Shown piece by piece: positions 10,344 to 19,196 of a stretch of DNA of 64,000 nt (its first letter is position 1; each line of letters begins with the position of its first letter). The position numbers and the translations under genes were made by a program. Location: the IMG/VR virus record IMGVR_UViG_3300034060_000856, positions 34,694 to 98,693 of that record; one strand, given 5' to 3'. The DNA is from a virus. The notes under the pieces are model-generated. The model did no database searches, was not told the origin of the DNA, and saw nothing but the letters and a program-made list of their open reading frames with translations.

Positions 10344-10790
10344 TTACCACAAAAAATCATCATTTTCGGTATTAATTTCTTCAATTTTGATAATTTTTAC
10401 GTTTTTTCCCTTATTTTTAACAGTAATTTCGTTTTCGTGGGGATAAAGTATGTTATTTCTAACAGTTTCACCCAAATTTATCTCATTTTTGGGTATTTTA
10501 GCCGTAATTAAGTAGTATTTGTCACCTAAACCGGTCAAATATGAGTGATTTGAGAGTAAATCAGCCTTATTTTCGGCAAAATGTGACCCAATTTCGTCAA
10601 AATTGATGTCTTTTTTGTCATTTACCCTTAAAATTCGGTATCCTTTGACCATTTCTGGTAGGTTTTTTAACCTATTTAGGTGGTATTTTAGCTCTTTTTC
10701 GGCCTCTTTTTCACTAAAATCCATCGTTTTTAGGGCTAAAATGAGCTCTTTTTTGTCTATTATTTCACTTAAAATGGGTAATAATTTCAT
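10344..10790 (-). CDS. hypothetical protein
   Basis: ORF; TATTTAT upstream on minus strand. Confidence 0.6.
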   Translation of the reverse strand: MKLLPILSEIIDKKELILALKTMDFSEKEAEKELKYHLNRLKNLPEMVKGYRILRVNDKKDINFDEIGSHFAENKADLLSNHSYLTGLGDKYYLITAKIPKNEINLGETVRNNILYPHENEITVKNKGKNVKIIKIEEINTENDDFLW

Positions 10791-10807
10791 ATAAATAAAT
10801 ACTTTAA

Positions 10808-10963
10808 TTAACTCTTTTTCTTATTGTATTTGATTTCTACCTCATATGGGCCGGAATTTGACTTATAATTGTCATATTTCCAGATCAAAACACAATCTTC
10901 GTGTTTAATAACCCTCTCAAATGCCTTTCTTTCTACTTGTTTTTTAACTTTTTTGTCAATCAT
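10808..10963 (-). CDS. small hypothetical protein (51 aa, absent from ORF track)
   Basis: MIDKKVKKQVERKAF...; TATATTTG host-type promoter upstream. Confidence 0.5.
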   Translation of the reverse strand: MIDKKVKKQVERKAFERVIKHEDCVLIWKYDNYKSNSGPYEVEIKYNKKKS

Positions 10964-11039
10964 AGGATACAAATATAATAATAATTATTTAAAAAAAGAA
11001 ACCCCTCTTGCGGAGGGGAGTAAAAAACTTAATAAAATG

Positions 11040-11273
11040 TTAATCTTGGGGTTCTTTATTATCCTCTTTAAAGAAGTTTGTTAAAAATTTACCAACAACA
11101 CCAAATATGATTGATGATACGATCATAATTTTAAGTTCCTGTGGTGTAAAAATTTCTTTTAAACTGTCATACTGCCAGATACCACCAACAGCAATTATTG
11201 TAGCTACTGCTAATAATGAATCCCCAAGTTTTCTCCACTTTTTTGGGGTGGGTTTCCAATAATTTTTCATCAT
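11040..11273 (-). CDS. two-TM membrane protein, holin-like
   Basis: MMKNYWKPTPKKWRKLGDSLL, two hydrophobic helices, charged tail, tandem Met start. Confidence 0.55.
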   Translation of the reverse strand: MMKNYWKPTPKKWRKLGDSLLAVATIIAVGGIWQYDSLKEIFTPQELKIMIVSSIIFGVVGKFLTNFFKEDNKEPQD

Positions 11274-11371
11274 AATTGTTTTTATAATAAATATCTTTAA
11301 ATTAAAAAAGGGACAGTAGCGAATTGTCCCTTTTGTGTTACCAATAACGGTAACGATCCTAAGCAAAACTT

Positions 11372-11911
11372 TTATTTACCTTTAATAATGTTTAAACACT
11401 GTTTTAAATATTCTTTAGCTCTAGCCGATGGTGTAAATTCATCATCTTTTGATTGTAAAGCTAAAACTCTCTCAATATCTTTTACTAATTCTGTACCGTG
11501 TTCATTTTCTTTATATAGTTCAGATATTTTATCTAATGCTTTATGACATTCACCAGTTGTTTCATCGTGATAGTTTTTATTTCTAAACTTATCTAAATGA
11601 TTCATCATTTCATAAGCCAAATGTGATCCACCATCTTTTACATCATTAGCCCAACGGATATTATTTAAAATACCTAAAGTATCAACCATTGAATTAACAC
11701 CAAAGGCTCTTTTTTTAATTCCGGGTGAATATTTCACATATTCATTTGCCTGACCAACCATTTCATCTAATGGTGTGATGTTTTCTGGAATACATCTAGG
11801 TTTTTTTTCTTTTTCTTCTTTAGCCGGACTAGACGGATTTGCATCTTCTTCTTTAAGAACTCTTTTAACGATTCTTTTGATATCTGACTCTGTCAATATA
11901 ATTTCTTTCAT
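11372..11911 (-). CDS. hypothetical protein with leader
   Basis: MKEIILTESDIKRIVKRVLKE. Confidence 0.6.
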   Translation of the reverse strand: MKEIILTESDIKRIVKRVLKEEDANPSSPAKEEKEKKPRCIPENITPLDEMVGQANEYVKYSPGIKKRAFGVNSMVDTLGILNNIRWANDVKDGGSHLAYEMMNHLDKFRNKNYHDETTGECHKALDKISELYKENEHGTELVKDIERVLALQSKDDEFTPSARAKEYLKQCLNIIKGK

Positions 11912-11987
11912 ATTATATATTTTTTTTAATAAATATTCTATAAACAATTAAATAATAAAGTATTTATAAACATAAATATCTATTGTT

Positions 11988-12578
11988 ATGGTAATTTTAG
12001 AAAATCTAATAAAGAAAGTTTTGAAAGAAGAGTTTTCAAAACCTATGGAATTGAAAAAACGTATAAAAATTTCAGAAAATTTAAAATACCATTTAGATAA
12101 TCAAATAACTTTATCTGAAAATATTTTTAGAATTTATTCACAGTCTTATTTTGATTTAATTAACGAAGTAAGAGATTTATATGAGGATAATTTAATTAAT
12201 TTAAATCAGGAAGATAAATGGGTCGTTGAAAGTGATTTAGGGAAATCTGTTTTAAGTGAGGAACAGTTTAATTACGAAGACTTTTATGGTTCTGTAGAAA
12301 ATGTAGATCTATTGAATGAGGCCGAGTATCAAGGAAGAAATGTACAACTTGGAAAAATTATGCAAGGGGACATTAAGAAGTTTAAAGTTTATGTTAAAAA
12401 CGACAAAGGAAAAGTTGTTAAAGTAAATTTTGGTTTTGGTGGTAAATCAGCAAAAGGTAAAAGAATGGTTATTAAAAAGAACAATCCAGAAAGAAGACGT
12501 TCTTTTAGAGCTAGACATAATTGTGATAATCCAGGCCCAAGATGGAAACCAAGATATTGGGCTTGTAAAACTTGGTAA
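11988..12578 (+). CDS. conserved large-phage protein with basic C-terminal domain
   Basis: LNEAEYQGR...KFKVYVKN...KVNFG...RRRSFRARHNC...RYWACKTW, a motif recurring in large T4-like phages. Confidence 0.65.
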   Translation: MVILENLIKKVLKEEFSKPMELKKRIKISENLKYHLDNQITLSENIFRIYSQSYFDLINEVRDLYEDNLINLNQEDKWVVESDLGKSVLSEEQFNYEDFYGSVENVDLLNEAEYQGRNVQLGKIMQGDIKKFKVYVKNDKGKVVKVNFGFGGKSAKGKRMVIKKNNPERRRSFRARHNCDNPGPRWKPRYWACKTW

Positions 12579-13378
12579 AAATGAAACTATACGAAAAATT
12601 TATTAACCCTAGATATATCAAAATGTTCAACCACTTTTTACAAAAAGTTTGTGAACCAAAAATTAAACAAAAATATAATAGGGATGTTAAATTAACTTTA
12701 TATGGAATTTCTATTAAACCAAAAAATTCTAGTTATAATTTGATACCAAAAGATGAATTAACACAATCACAAGGAAAGGTTAGTTTTTTTATTGACTCTA
12801 ATCCTTCAAAGTTAACCCCACACAACTTTGTTGAGGGTTTAATCCTTGGTGATGGTAGAACATTTTTAAATTTACAAGATGCAACTTACTATGGGGGCGG
12901 GTTTGATAAATTCCTAGTTGATGTTCATTTTGACAAAAGACCACTATATCCTTTAGATTATGTTGCTGAAGATCCGATTACTGAAAATAAATTAGAATTT
13001 AAAAAAAATAATATAAAAACCAAGTTATTAAAAGAAAGTGTAATACTTGAATCTAGATACAATAAAAAAAGCGCTGCAAATTTTCTTTTTAGAAGAGTAA
13101 CAAAAGAAAAACTTGACGATGAATTTAAAGACACATACCAATACTATTCTGATAATTGGAGTAAAAGACATAAATACAGATTTGAAAATTTTGACCTATT
13201 TAAAAAAGTGTTTACAACAACTATAATGGATGGTGTACACGGAAGATTGATTGATGGTTTTTTAGAAACAGATGATGAAATTGGTGAACTTTATGATAAT
13301 GTATTGGAAATAATAGATGATATTTATGGTAATCGTATAGCAAGACTATGGACTCAAAAAACCGGTGAAAGAGTTTAA
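12572..13378 (+). CDS. hypothetical two-domain protein
   Basis: ORF. Confidence 0.55.
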   Translation: MVKMKLYEKFINPRYIKMFNHFLQKVCEPKIKQKYNRDVKLTLYGISIKPKNSSYNLIPKDELTQSQGKVSFFIDSNPSKLTPHNFVEGLILGDGRTFLNLQDATYYGGGFDKFLVDVHFDKRPLYPLDYVAEDPITENKLEFKKNNIKTKLLKESVILESRYNKKSAANFLFRRVTKEKLDDEFKDTYQYYSDNWSKRHKYRFENFDLFKKVFTTTIMDGVHGRLIDGFLETDDEIGELYDNVLEIIDDIYGNRIARLWTQKTGERV

Positions 13379-13391
13379 AAATTAAAGAATA

Positions 13392-14357
13392 TTAAGTTCT
13401 AATAACATATCTGACACTACTCAAACATTCTATCGAATTTGGGTTACCACCAGCATAAGAAATTGAACTTTGTAGTGATTCTTCAATATCATTTAATTTA
13501 TCAAAAATAGAAACGTCTTTATACGGTACTAATTTTCTGATACCCTCAATTCTATTTGCCTTACCAGATTGTGAAGATGATGCACTACCCCAAAATTCTT
13601 TGTACCAATGACCGTCTACTTCGTTTTTAAGTTTGTCTCCTGGTGAATCTATGTATCCAGATAACATACCACCAACCATAACCATAGAAGCCCCTAAAAC
13701 AAGACTTTTTGTAATATCACAATGTTCTTTTATTGACCCATCAGCAATAATTGGTTTTTTAGCCACCTTAACACACTTCTTAATCATTGATGCTTGCCAA
13801 CCACGATTACCAAATCCAGTTGAGTGATATGTAGTGCAAGCGGATCCCCCACCAATACCACATTTAACGGCGTCACAACCCCAAGACTCCAAATCAGTAA
13901 CGGCTTCTGGTGTACAGACATTCCCACCAATTAAAAATACATCTGGCATTTTATTTTTGATGTATTTAACCATTTTTTTCATTTTAATAGAATGACCGTG
14001 TGCAATATCTACAGTAATAAAGTGTGGTATTAAATCTTCTGATACAAGTTCATCAATTAGTTTATACGAATCGTCATTTACACCAACAGATATTGAAGAA
14101 ATTAAGTTATGTTCTTTCATATCTCTCACAAAAGAAACCTCATCAATATTAAATCTGTGTAATATATAAAAATAATCATCTTTTGCCAATTTTTTTGCTA
14201 GATTAATATCTATAATACTTTCCATATTTGCTGGAACTATCGGTAGTTTAAACCTATGACCACCAAATACACAAGTTGTATCACAATCACTTCTACTCTC
14301 AACACGACTAAAGTTTGGTAGTAATGTTATATTATCAAAATCAAATACTTTTTTCAT
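13392..14357 (-). CDS. guaC: GMP reductase
   Basis: PANMESII, VDIAHGHS, KCGIGGGSACTT, EFWGSAS; IMPDH/GMPR barrel without CBS domains. Confidence 0.9.
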   Translation of the reverse strand: MKKVFDFDNITLLPNFSRVESRSDCDTTCVFGGHRFKLPIVPANMESIIDINLAKKLAKDDYFYILHRFNIDEVSFVRDMKEHNLISSISVGVNDDSYKLIDELVSEDLIPHFITVDIAHGHSIKMKKMVKYIKNKMPDVFLIGGNVCTPEAVTDLESWGCDAVKCGIGGGSACTTYHSTGFGNRGWQASMIKKCVKVAKKPIIADGSIKEHCDITKSLVLGASMVMVGGMLSGYIDSPGDKLKNEVDGHWYKEFWGSASSSQSGKANRIEGIRKLVPYKDVSIFDKLNDIEESLQSSISYAGGNPNSIECLSSVRYVIRT

Positions 14358-14763
14358 TCTCGTTATTTTTTTCTATTAGTTTTGTGATTCTATTTTTTCC
14401 TTTTTCACCAATTGGAATTGGGTTACCCTCTTCGTCAATTCTTACAAATCGTATATTTGTCTTTAAAACAACAACTTGATTCCCGGTATATACATTGTGA
14501 GCTCGGGCTTCCATATATAATGTTGTTGAACTGTTACCTAATACTGCTGGTTCACCATAGATCTTTAGTAACTGACCCTCCTTTGCTGGTTTTTCAAAGT
14601 TACATTTATCAATAGATACTGTAACCATTCTTGGTGTATCACATAACTGCATGGCATAACCAGCGGCAGAAGCATCAATCCAAGCTAGAAGTTTACCACC
14701 AAATAAATTTCCGTGAAAACCTAGGTCTGATTTTTTAATTGGGTGTGAATTTAATAATTCCAT
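14341..14763 (-). CDS. acyl-CoA thioesterase (hot-dog fold, YciA-like)
   Basis: HGNLFGGKLLAWIDASA, VTVSIDKCNFEKP. Confidence 0.88.
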   Translation of the reverse strand: MELLNSHPIKKSDLGFHGNLFGGKLLAWIDASAAGYAMQLCDTPRMVTVSIDKCNFEKPAKEGQLLKIYGEPAVLGNSSTTLYMEARAHNVYTGNQVVVLKTNIRFVRIDEEGNPIPIGEKGKNRITKLIEKNNENEKSI

Positions 14764-14829
14764 TTTTTGTTTTTTTAAAAAAAATACGTAAATTTGAAAT
14801 TATAGTCAAATCAACTATTTATTATTATT

Positions 14830-15414
14830 ATGTCAAAGGTGTTGTTAGAAGATTCTAGGTTAAGAAATGTGATCAGAACTATTGTTAAAGATATAATCAT
14901 CACCTACAAAGAAAATGGTGAGGGTGAGTTTTATTTGCCTAAAGGTGATGATGATTCGTATAATTTTCCTGGGTTTGAACACGACATTATAGTACAATTA
15001 AATTTAGTTGAAAATGGTGATATTGATGATTATGTTGCAAACGCTCATCTTTGGCAGGACACCGACATAATTGAAATTGGTCTTGAGTATAATCCGGAAA
15101 AAAAATCAAAAATACTATATGACGTTGTTGGTGAGATGAATGAATTGATTGCTCACGAACTTCGGCATATTTATCAAAGAGAAACCGGTATGTTTAATAT
15201 TAGTGGTAAAGAAAAAACTAACCCACTAAAATATTACACTCAACCTCACGAAATTGACGCACAAGTATTTGGTTTTAATAGATTAGCAAAACTATCAAAA
15301 AAACCATTTGATGTTGTTGTCAATAACTGGTTTGAAAAAAATAAAGAAACACACAGGTTAAACGATAAAGAGATTCAAAAAGTGATAAACTTAATAATGA
15401 AACATAAGAAATGA
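14830..15414 (+). CDS. putative zincin-like metallopeptidase
   Basis: IAHELRHIYQ (HExxH) and downstream PHEIDA. Confidence 0.65.
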   Translation: MSKVLLEDSRLRNVIRTIVKDIIITYKENGEGEFYLPKGDDDSYNFPGFEHDIIVQLNLVENGDIDDYVANAHLWQDTDIIEIGLEYNPEKKSKILYDVVGEMNELIAHELRHIYQRETGMFNISGKEKTNPLKYYTQPHEIDAQVFGFNRLAKLSKKPFDVVVNNWFEKNKETHRLNDKEIQKVINLIMKHKK

Positions 15415-15818
15415 AAAATGTACCAGAAAATTATTTGAGTAAAATTAAAACGATGAAAAACGTTATACTAACCACTTCTGGTCTATTATCTGAATATGGT
15501 AACTCCATTAGTTTAGAACTTGGTGATATTGATTACAACCAAAACGTCAATGACGTTTACGAAATTGTGTTAGAATTAAAATTAACAGATGTTTATTGTC
15601 CAGATTGTGATCACGAGCCCAATATGGTAAGTAATACGATAAATGAAATTATTAAAAAAATATATAAAGGGTGTAATTTTGGTTTGACAGGTGATTTACA
15701 ATTTAAAAATTCATTTATGTCAACAAGAGGTGTCTTATTGTACGAAACTAAATTGTGGAGGGATAATTTTGAATATATAGTTTTTGGTATTTTTATTGAT
15801 CCAGGACAAAAATATTAA
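15411..15818 (+). CDS. hypothetical protein
   Basis: ORF, contains CPDC. Confidence 0.5.
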   Translation: MKNVPENYLSKIKTMKNVILTTSGLLSEYGNSISLELGDIDYNQNVNDVYEIVLELKLTDVYCPDCDHEPNMVSNTINEIIKKIYKGCNFGLTGDLQFKNSFMSTRGVLLYETKLWRDNFEYIVFGIFIDPGQKY

Positions 15819-16432
15819 TTTCCAAACTTTTTTACAATTCCTTGTAATAGGTTTTTTATCATAGACCCACTTAACGTTACACCAACAAAACCAATTACTC
15901 TTTTTATCATTTCTTCAATTTCCATAGAAGAATGACCTTGCGAATATTCATATAATTCAGGTATTATTGGTATTATAAAAGTATAGGCCATCATATTTGA
16001 TATTTTTGAAACCGGTATTGCTAGACTACCAATAAAAGAAATAAAATAATCTTTTAACTCTGATGCTTTATTTAACATATGGTCAAATTCTTGAATTAAA
16101 GATTTTTCTTTTACCTTATCTAAAACTTTTTTCAGACCTTCTTTATTGGTTGTAAAATACGTTAAAATAACCCCTGTTGAAAGTAATGCTAATTCCGTAT
16201 TTGTTAATTCTGGATAATTACCTTTTATAAATTCAGCTATTGGTCTAACAAATCCGGCGATTGTAACACCCCACGTTGCTAAAAATTCAAGATCTAAACC
16301 AATCTGTTTTTTTGACTCTGAAGAGACGGTTTTAAAAAACTTTTTTAGTGATTGTAATTTATCAACAACATTATTTGTTCTTTCTTCAAATATTATTTTT
16401 TTGTATTGTGATTCTGTCAAAATAAACTTCAT
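15815..16432 (-). CDS. membrane-associated protein with leader
   Basis: MKFILTESQYKKIIFEE; several hydrophobic segments. Confidence 0.6.
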   Translation of the reverse strand: MKFILTESQYKKIIFEERTNNVVDKLQSLKKFFKTVSSESKKQIGLDLEFLATWGVTIAGFVRPIAEFIKGNYPELTNTELALLSTGVILTYFTTNKEGLKKVLDKVKEKSLIQEFDHMLNKASELKDYFISFIGSLAIPVSKISNMMAYTFIIPIIPELYEYSQGHSSMEIEEMIKRVIGFVGVTLSGSMIKNLLQGIVKKFGN

Positions 16433-16465
16433 AACAAATAAATATTTCGCTATATTTATATTTGT

Positions 16466-16792
16466 ATGGCAAAGAAAATTAAATATGTAAAAAATGCACC
16501 ACTAGAGGTTGGTGACAATGTTGTTTGTATGCATATGGCTGACGACTTTTCAGCTGTGGCAGGAGGAACACCAGGTATTGTACAAACGGTTAGTAATGTT
16601 GGTGGACAAAATATTTATTACGTTAAATGGCGTAGTGGTTCAAAATTAGCATTATTAGAAGGTGTTGATATGTGGAAAAAAGTTGTTGAAGAAGACGATG
16701 ACGAAGAGGGACAAGAAGATTTAGCAGAAGGTATCTTGTTTGTAACAACAAAGAATAATCTGTTAAAAGAAATAAAAAGAAAAAAATATTAA
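16466..16792 (+). CDS. small SH3-like protein (DUF4314-like)
   Basis: GD.V...GTPGIV...VKWRSGSKLALLEGVD. Confidence 0.55.
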   Translation: MAKKIKYVKNAPLEVGDNVVCMHMADDFSAVAGGTPGIVQTVSNVGGQNIYYVKWRSGSKLALLEGVDMWKKVVEEDDDEEGQEDLAEGILFVTTKNNLLKEIKRKKY

Positions 16793-16795
16793 AAT

Positions 16796-17401
16796 ATGAA
16801 CTCTTACTTTTTTAAAATGACAAAAGAAGAAAAACAAAACATTTTAGACTCACATAAAAGTGTCTATGATGGTTTTGCAACACAGTATGGTCAAAATACA
16901 AATCAACAACCTTTATACGTTCAAGACTTTGCAAACGACAAAAATGGTATTACTGTTAACAACAAAGGAGAAGTAAAAACATATACAAATATGAATATCA
17001 ATGAACGTTTTGATAGTAGAGATAAAATTGCTGACGGACCACACGATTTACAAAATGGTACTGTTGATTTTAGAGGTACACCAGATATGTCAGAGGTGAA
17101 TAGTGAATATTTTCACGATTTAAAGTCATCACCAAACGAAGATGAGGTAGAATTTATTTCATTAGGTATTGATGAACCAGAAAGTGAAGAAAGTGAAGAA
17201 GAACCATTTGACGATTATAACGATTTAAGTATGTATAACCCATATTATGGTAGTGACGATTATGATATAGATGAACCAACTGACAATACTGAAGATGATT
17301 ATGATGTATTTTCAGAATTAGGTGTGGAAGAAAAACCAGAAGTGATTGAGAAAATAAACGAGTCTTTAGATATGTTTAAAAGATTCAAAAGATATAATTA
17401 A
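16796..17401 (+). CDS. acidic hypothetical protein
   Basis: ORF; KMTKEEKQNIL leader variant. Confidence 0.55.
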   Translation: MNSYFFKMTKEEKQNILDSHKSVYDGFATQYGQNTNQQPLYVQDFANDKNGITVNNKGEVKTYTNMNINERFDSRDKIADGPHDLQNGTVDFRGTPDMSEVNSEYFHDLKSSPNEDEVEFISLGIDEPESEESEEEPFDDYNDLSMYNPYYGSDDYDIDEPTDNTEDDYDVFSELGVEEKPEVIEKINESLDMFKRFKRYN

Positions 17402-17402
17402 A

Positions 17403-17708
17403 ATGGAAATACTGGAAATCGTCAATTATTATCTTTACGAAGATACTAAAAGATTAGAGGTTTCTTTTCGTTTAACTTCTGATACGGAAGATGAAATTAG
17501 AAATGATATACTCAACCTAGACGAAGCTGAAGAATTTGGATATGAATTGGTCAAAGATACTTTGAGTTTTTTTGACGTATCCGATGAAGAAGAAGATGAT
17601 GACGATTTTGAAGATTTTGATACAATAGATGAGGACGTTTTACAAAACTTCCTAAATGAGTATTATGTTGTTTACCCAGATAAATTACCCAAAAGTGAAC
17701 TAGTATAA
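17403..17708 (+). CDS. acidic hypothetical protein
   Basis: ORF. Confidence 0.55.
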   Translation: MEILEIVNYYLYEDTKRLEVSFRLTSDTEDEIRNDILNLDEAEEFGYELVKDTLSFFDVSDEEEDDDDFEDFDTIDEDVLQNFLNEYYVVYPDKLPKSELV

Positions 17709-17953
17709 TGGAATTAGATGTAATATTGGGTTTAATGAGTAAATACACAAGGACACATAAAAATGAACTTGACGAAGAAGGTGAAGGTGCCCCAGAATCT
17801 GGTACATCAGCACCGGCTGCGGCTAGTGGTTACCCAACAGTTACAAAATGGGAGACAGGTCTTACAAGAAGTGTTGCAAACACAATTGACGATAAAGTTA
17901 CTTGGAAGTCTTTAAATAAAATAACGAGAGGAAAAGCAAATACATTATTATGA
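17708..17953 (+). CDS. hypothetical protein with two W-x4-5-TR-x2-AN repeats
   Basis: KWETGLTRSVANT / TWKSLNKITRGKANT. Confidence 0.55.
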   Translation: MELDVILGLMSKYTRTHKNELDEEGEGAPESGTSAPAAASGYPTVTKWETGLTRSVANTIDDKVTWKSLNKITRGKANTLL

Positions 17954-19191
17954 GCAATTTAGATGATGTAATAAAGGATATATTGGGTAATATGTATTAT
18001 GATGTTAGTGATACGTTGTCTGAACAAAAATTAGTTAAAGGGGTACAAACACCAGCTCTTACAAATTATTTAAATCAATCTAAAACAAACCCTTTATCGG
18101 TAGGAATTGATCCACTTGGGATTTTTAATAAACAAAAAACCCCACAACCTTCTGTAGGTGTGTCTAATCAAATTGTTCAGTTTGACACTTGTGTTAGGGG
18201 GATGTCATTTAGAATTGCCGCTAGAGGTTCAGATTTTGGAATCAAACCAATAACTTGGTTAAATAGAGACGAACCTTATAATCAAGATAAAGCACGTATG
18301 TTTTTTGGTACTGCGTGTAAATTTTGGTCAAAAATTCCAAGCACTAGTCAATTTGTTGAGCCTAGCGATCAATACTTCTTCAACCAGGAAACACTATTAC
18401 CTTGTCAGGCAATATACAATAATGAAAGGTATACCGCTTATAATACGACTGATCAAGAAATACAAAAAAATAAAACAAAAAATAGATATAATACTTTTGT
18501 GTCAAATTTACAAAAAATTGGACAAAAAAAATGGAATGAAATTTTAAAAAAAAGTAATGGACAAATTTTTAAATCTGGTAATGGTTGGTTTGAAGCAAAT
18601 GGAAAAAAAATTCCCGCGAGAGAATACACATATGAAAAAAATTGTATAAGAATTACTGAAGATGTCTGTTTGAAATTAAGTTGGCAATCTTTACATTTAA
18701 ATTCAAATGTTGGGATGAAAACATTTGCAACAATAGATAGAAGAAAGGATAAAAACCGCCCAACAAAAATTAATTGGTGTGCTTGCACTGGAAAACAACT
18801 ATCTTTTGATAATTTAACTTCAGAAAATAAAGCAGATTATTACGCCACAACTAATTTTAAATATCCTTGGGATTATACATACATTGGGTTTAAAAACTGC
18901 GCTGCTGGCAGTGGCGAATGTTTAATGGAACCACAAAAAATAGTCCCTGTTGATATTCAATTTAAATTACCGGGCAATGAAATAGGCTCTTTAGATTTTC
19001 AACAAAAACAAAATTTACTTCAAAAAAATGAAGTGCCTATGGAAAATGCTATAAGATATAATTTATATGGTGTACCTTATGATGCTTCAGCTACTTTTGG
19101 TAAACAGCCGACAATTACACCAGAAGAAATTCAAAAAAGACAACAAGCTTTGGCTTTATTCGGTAATGGTGCGATAATACCTGGAACTTAA
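17950..19191 (+). CDS. large hypothetical protein (putative virion)
   Basis: 413-aa ORF in tightly coupled operon. Confidence 0.6.
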   Translation: MSNLDDVIKDILGNMYYDVSDTLSEQKLVKGVQTPALTNYLNQSKTNPLSVGIDPLGIFNKQKTPQPSVGVSNQIVQFDTCVRGMSFRIAARGSDFGIKPITWLNRDEPYNQDKARMFFGTACKFWSKIPSTSQFVEPSDQYFFNQETLLPCQAIYNNERYTAYNTTDQEIQKNKTKNRYNTFVSNLQKIGQKKWNEILKKSNGQIFKSGNGWFEANGKKIPAREYTYEKNCIRITEDVCLKLSWQSLHLNSNVGMKTFATIDRRKDKNRPTKINWCACTGKQLSFDNLTSENKADYYATTNFKYPWDYTYIGFKNCAAGSGECLMEPQKIVPVDIQFKLPGNEIGSLDFQQKQNLLQKNEVPMENAIRYNLYGVPYDASATFGKQPTITPEEIQKRQQALALFGNGAIIPGT

Positions 19192-19196
19192 AAATT

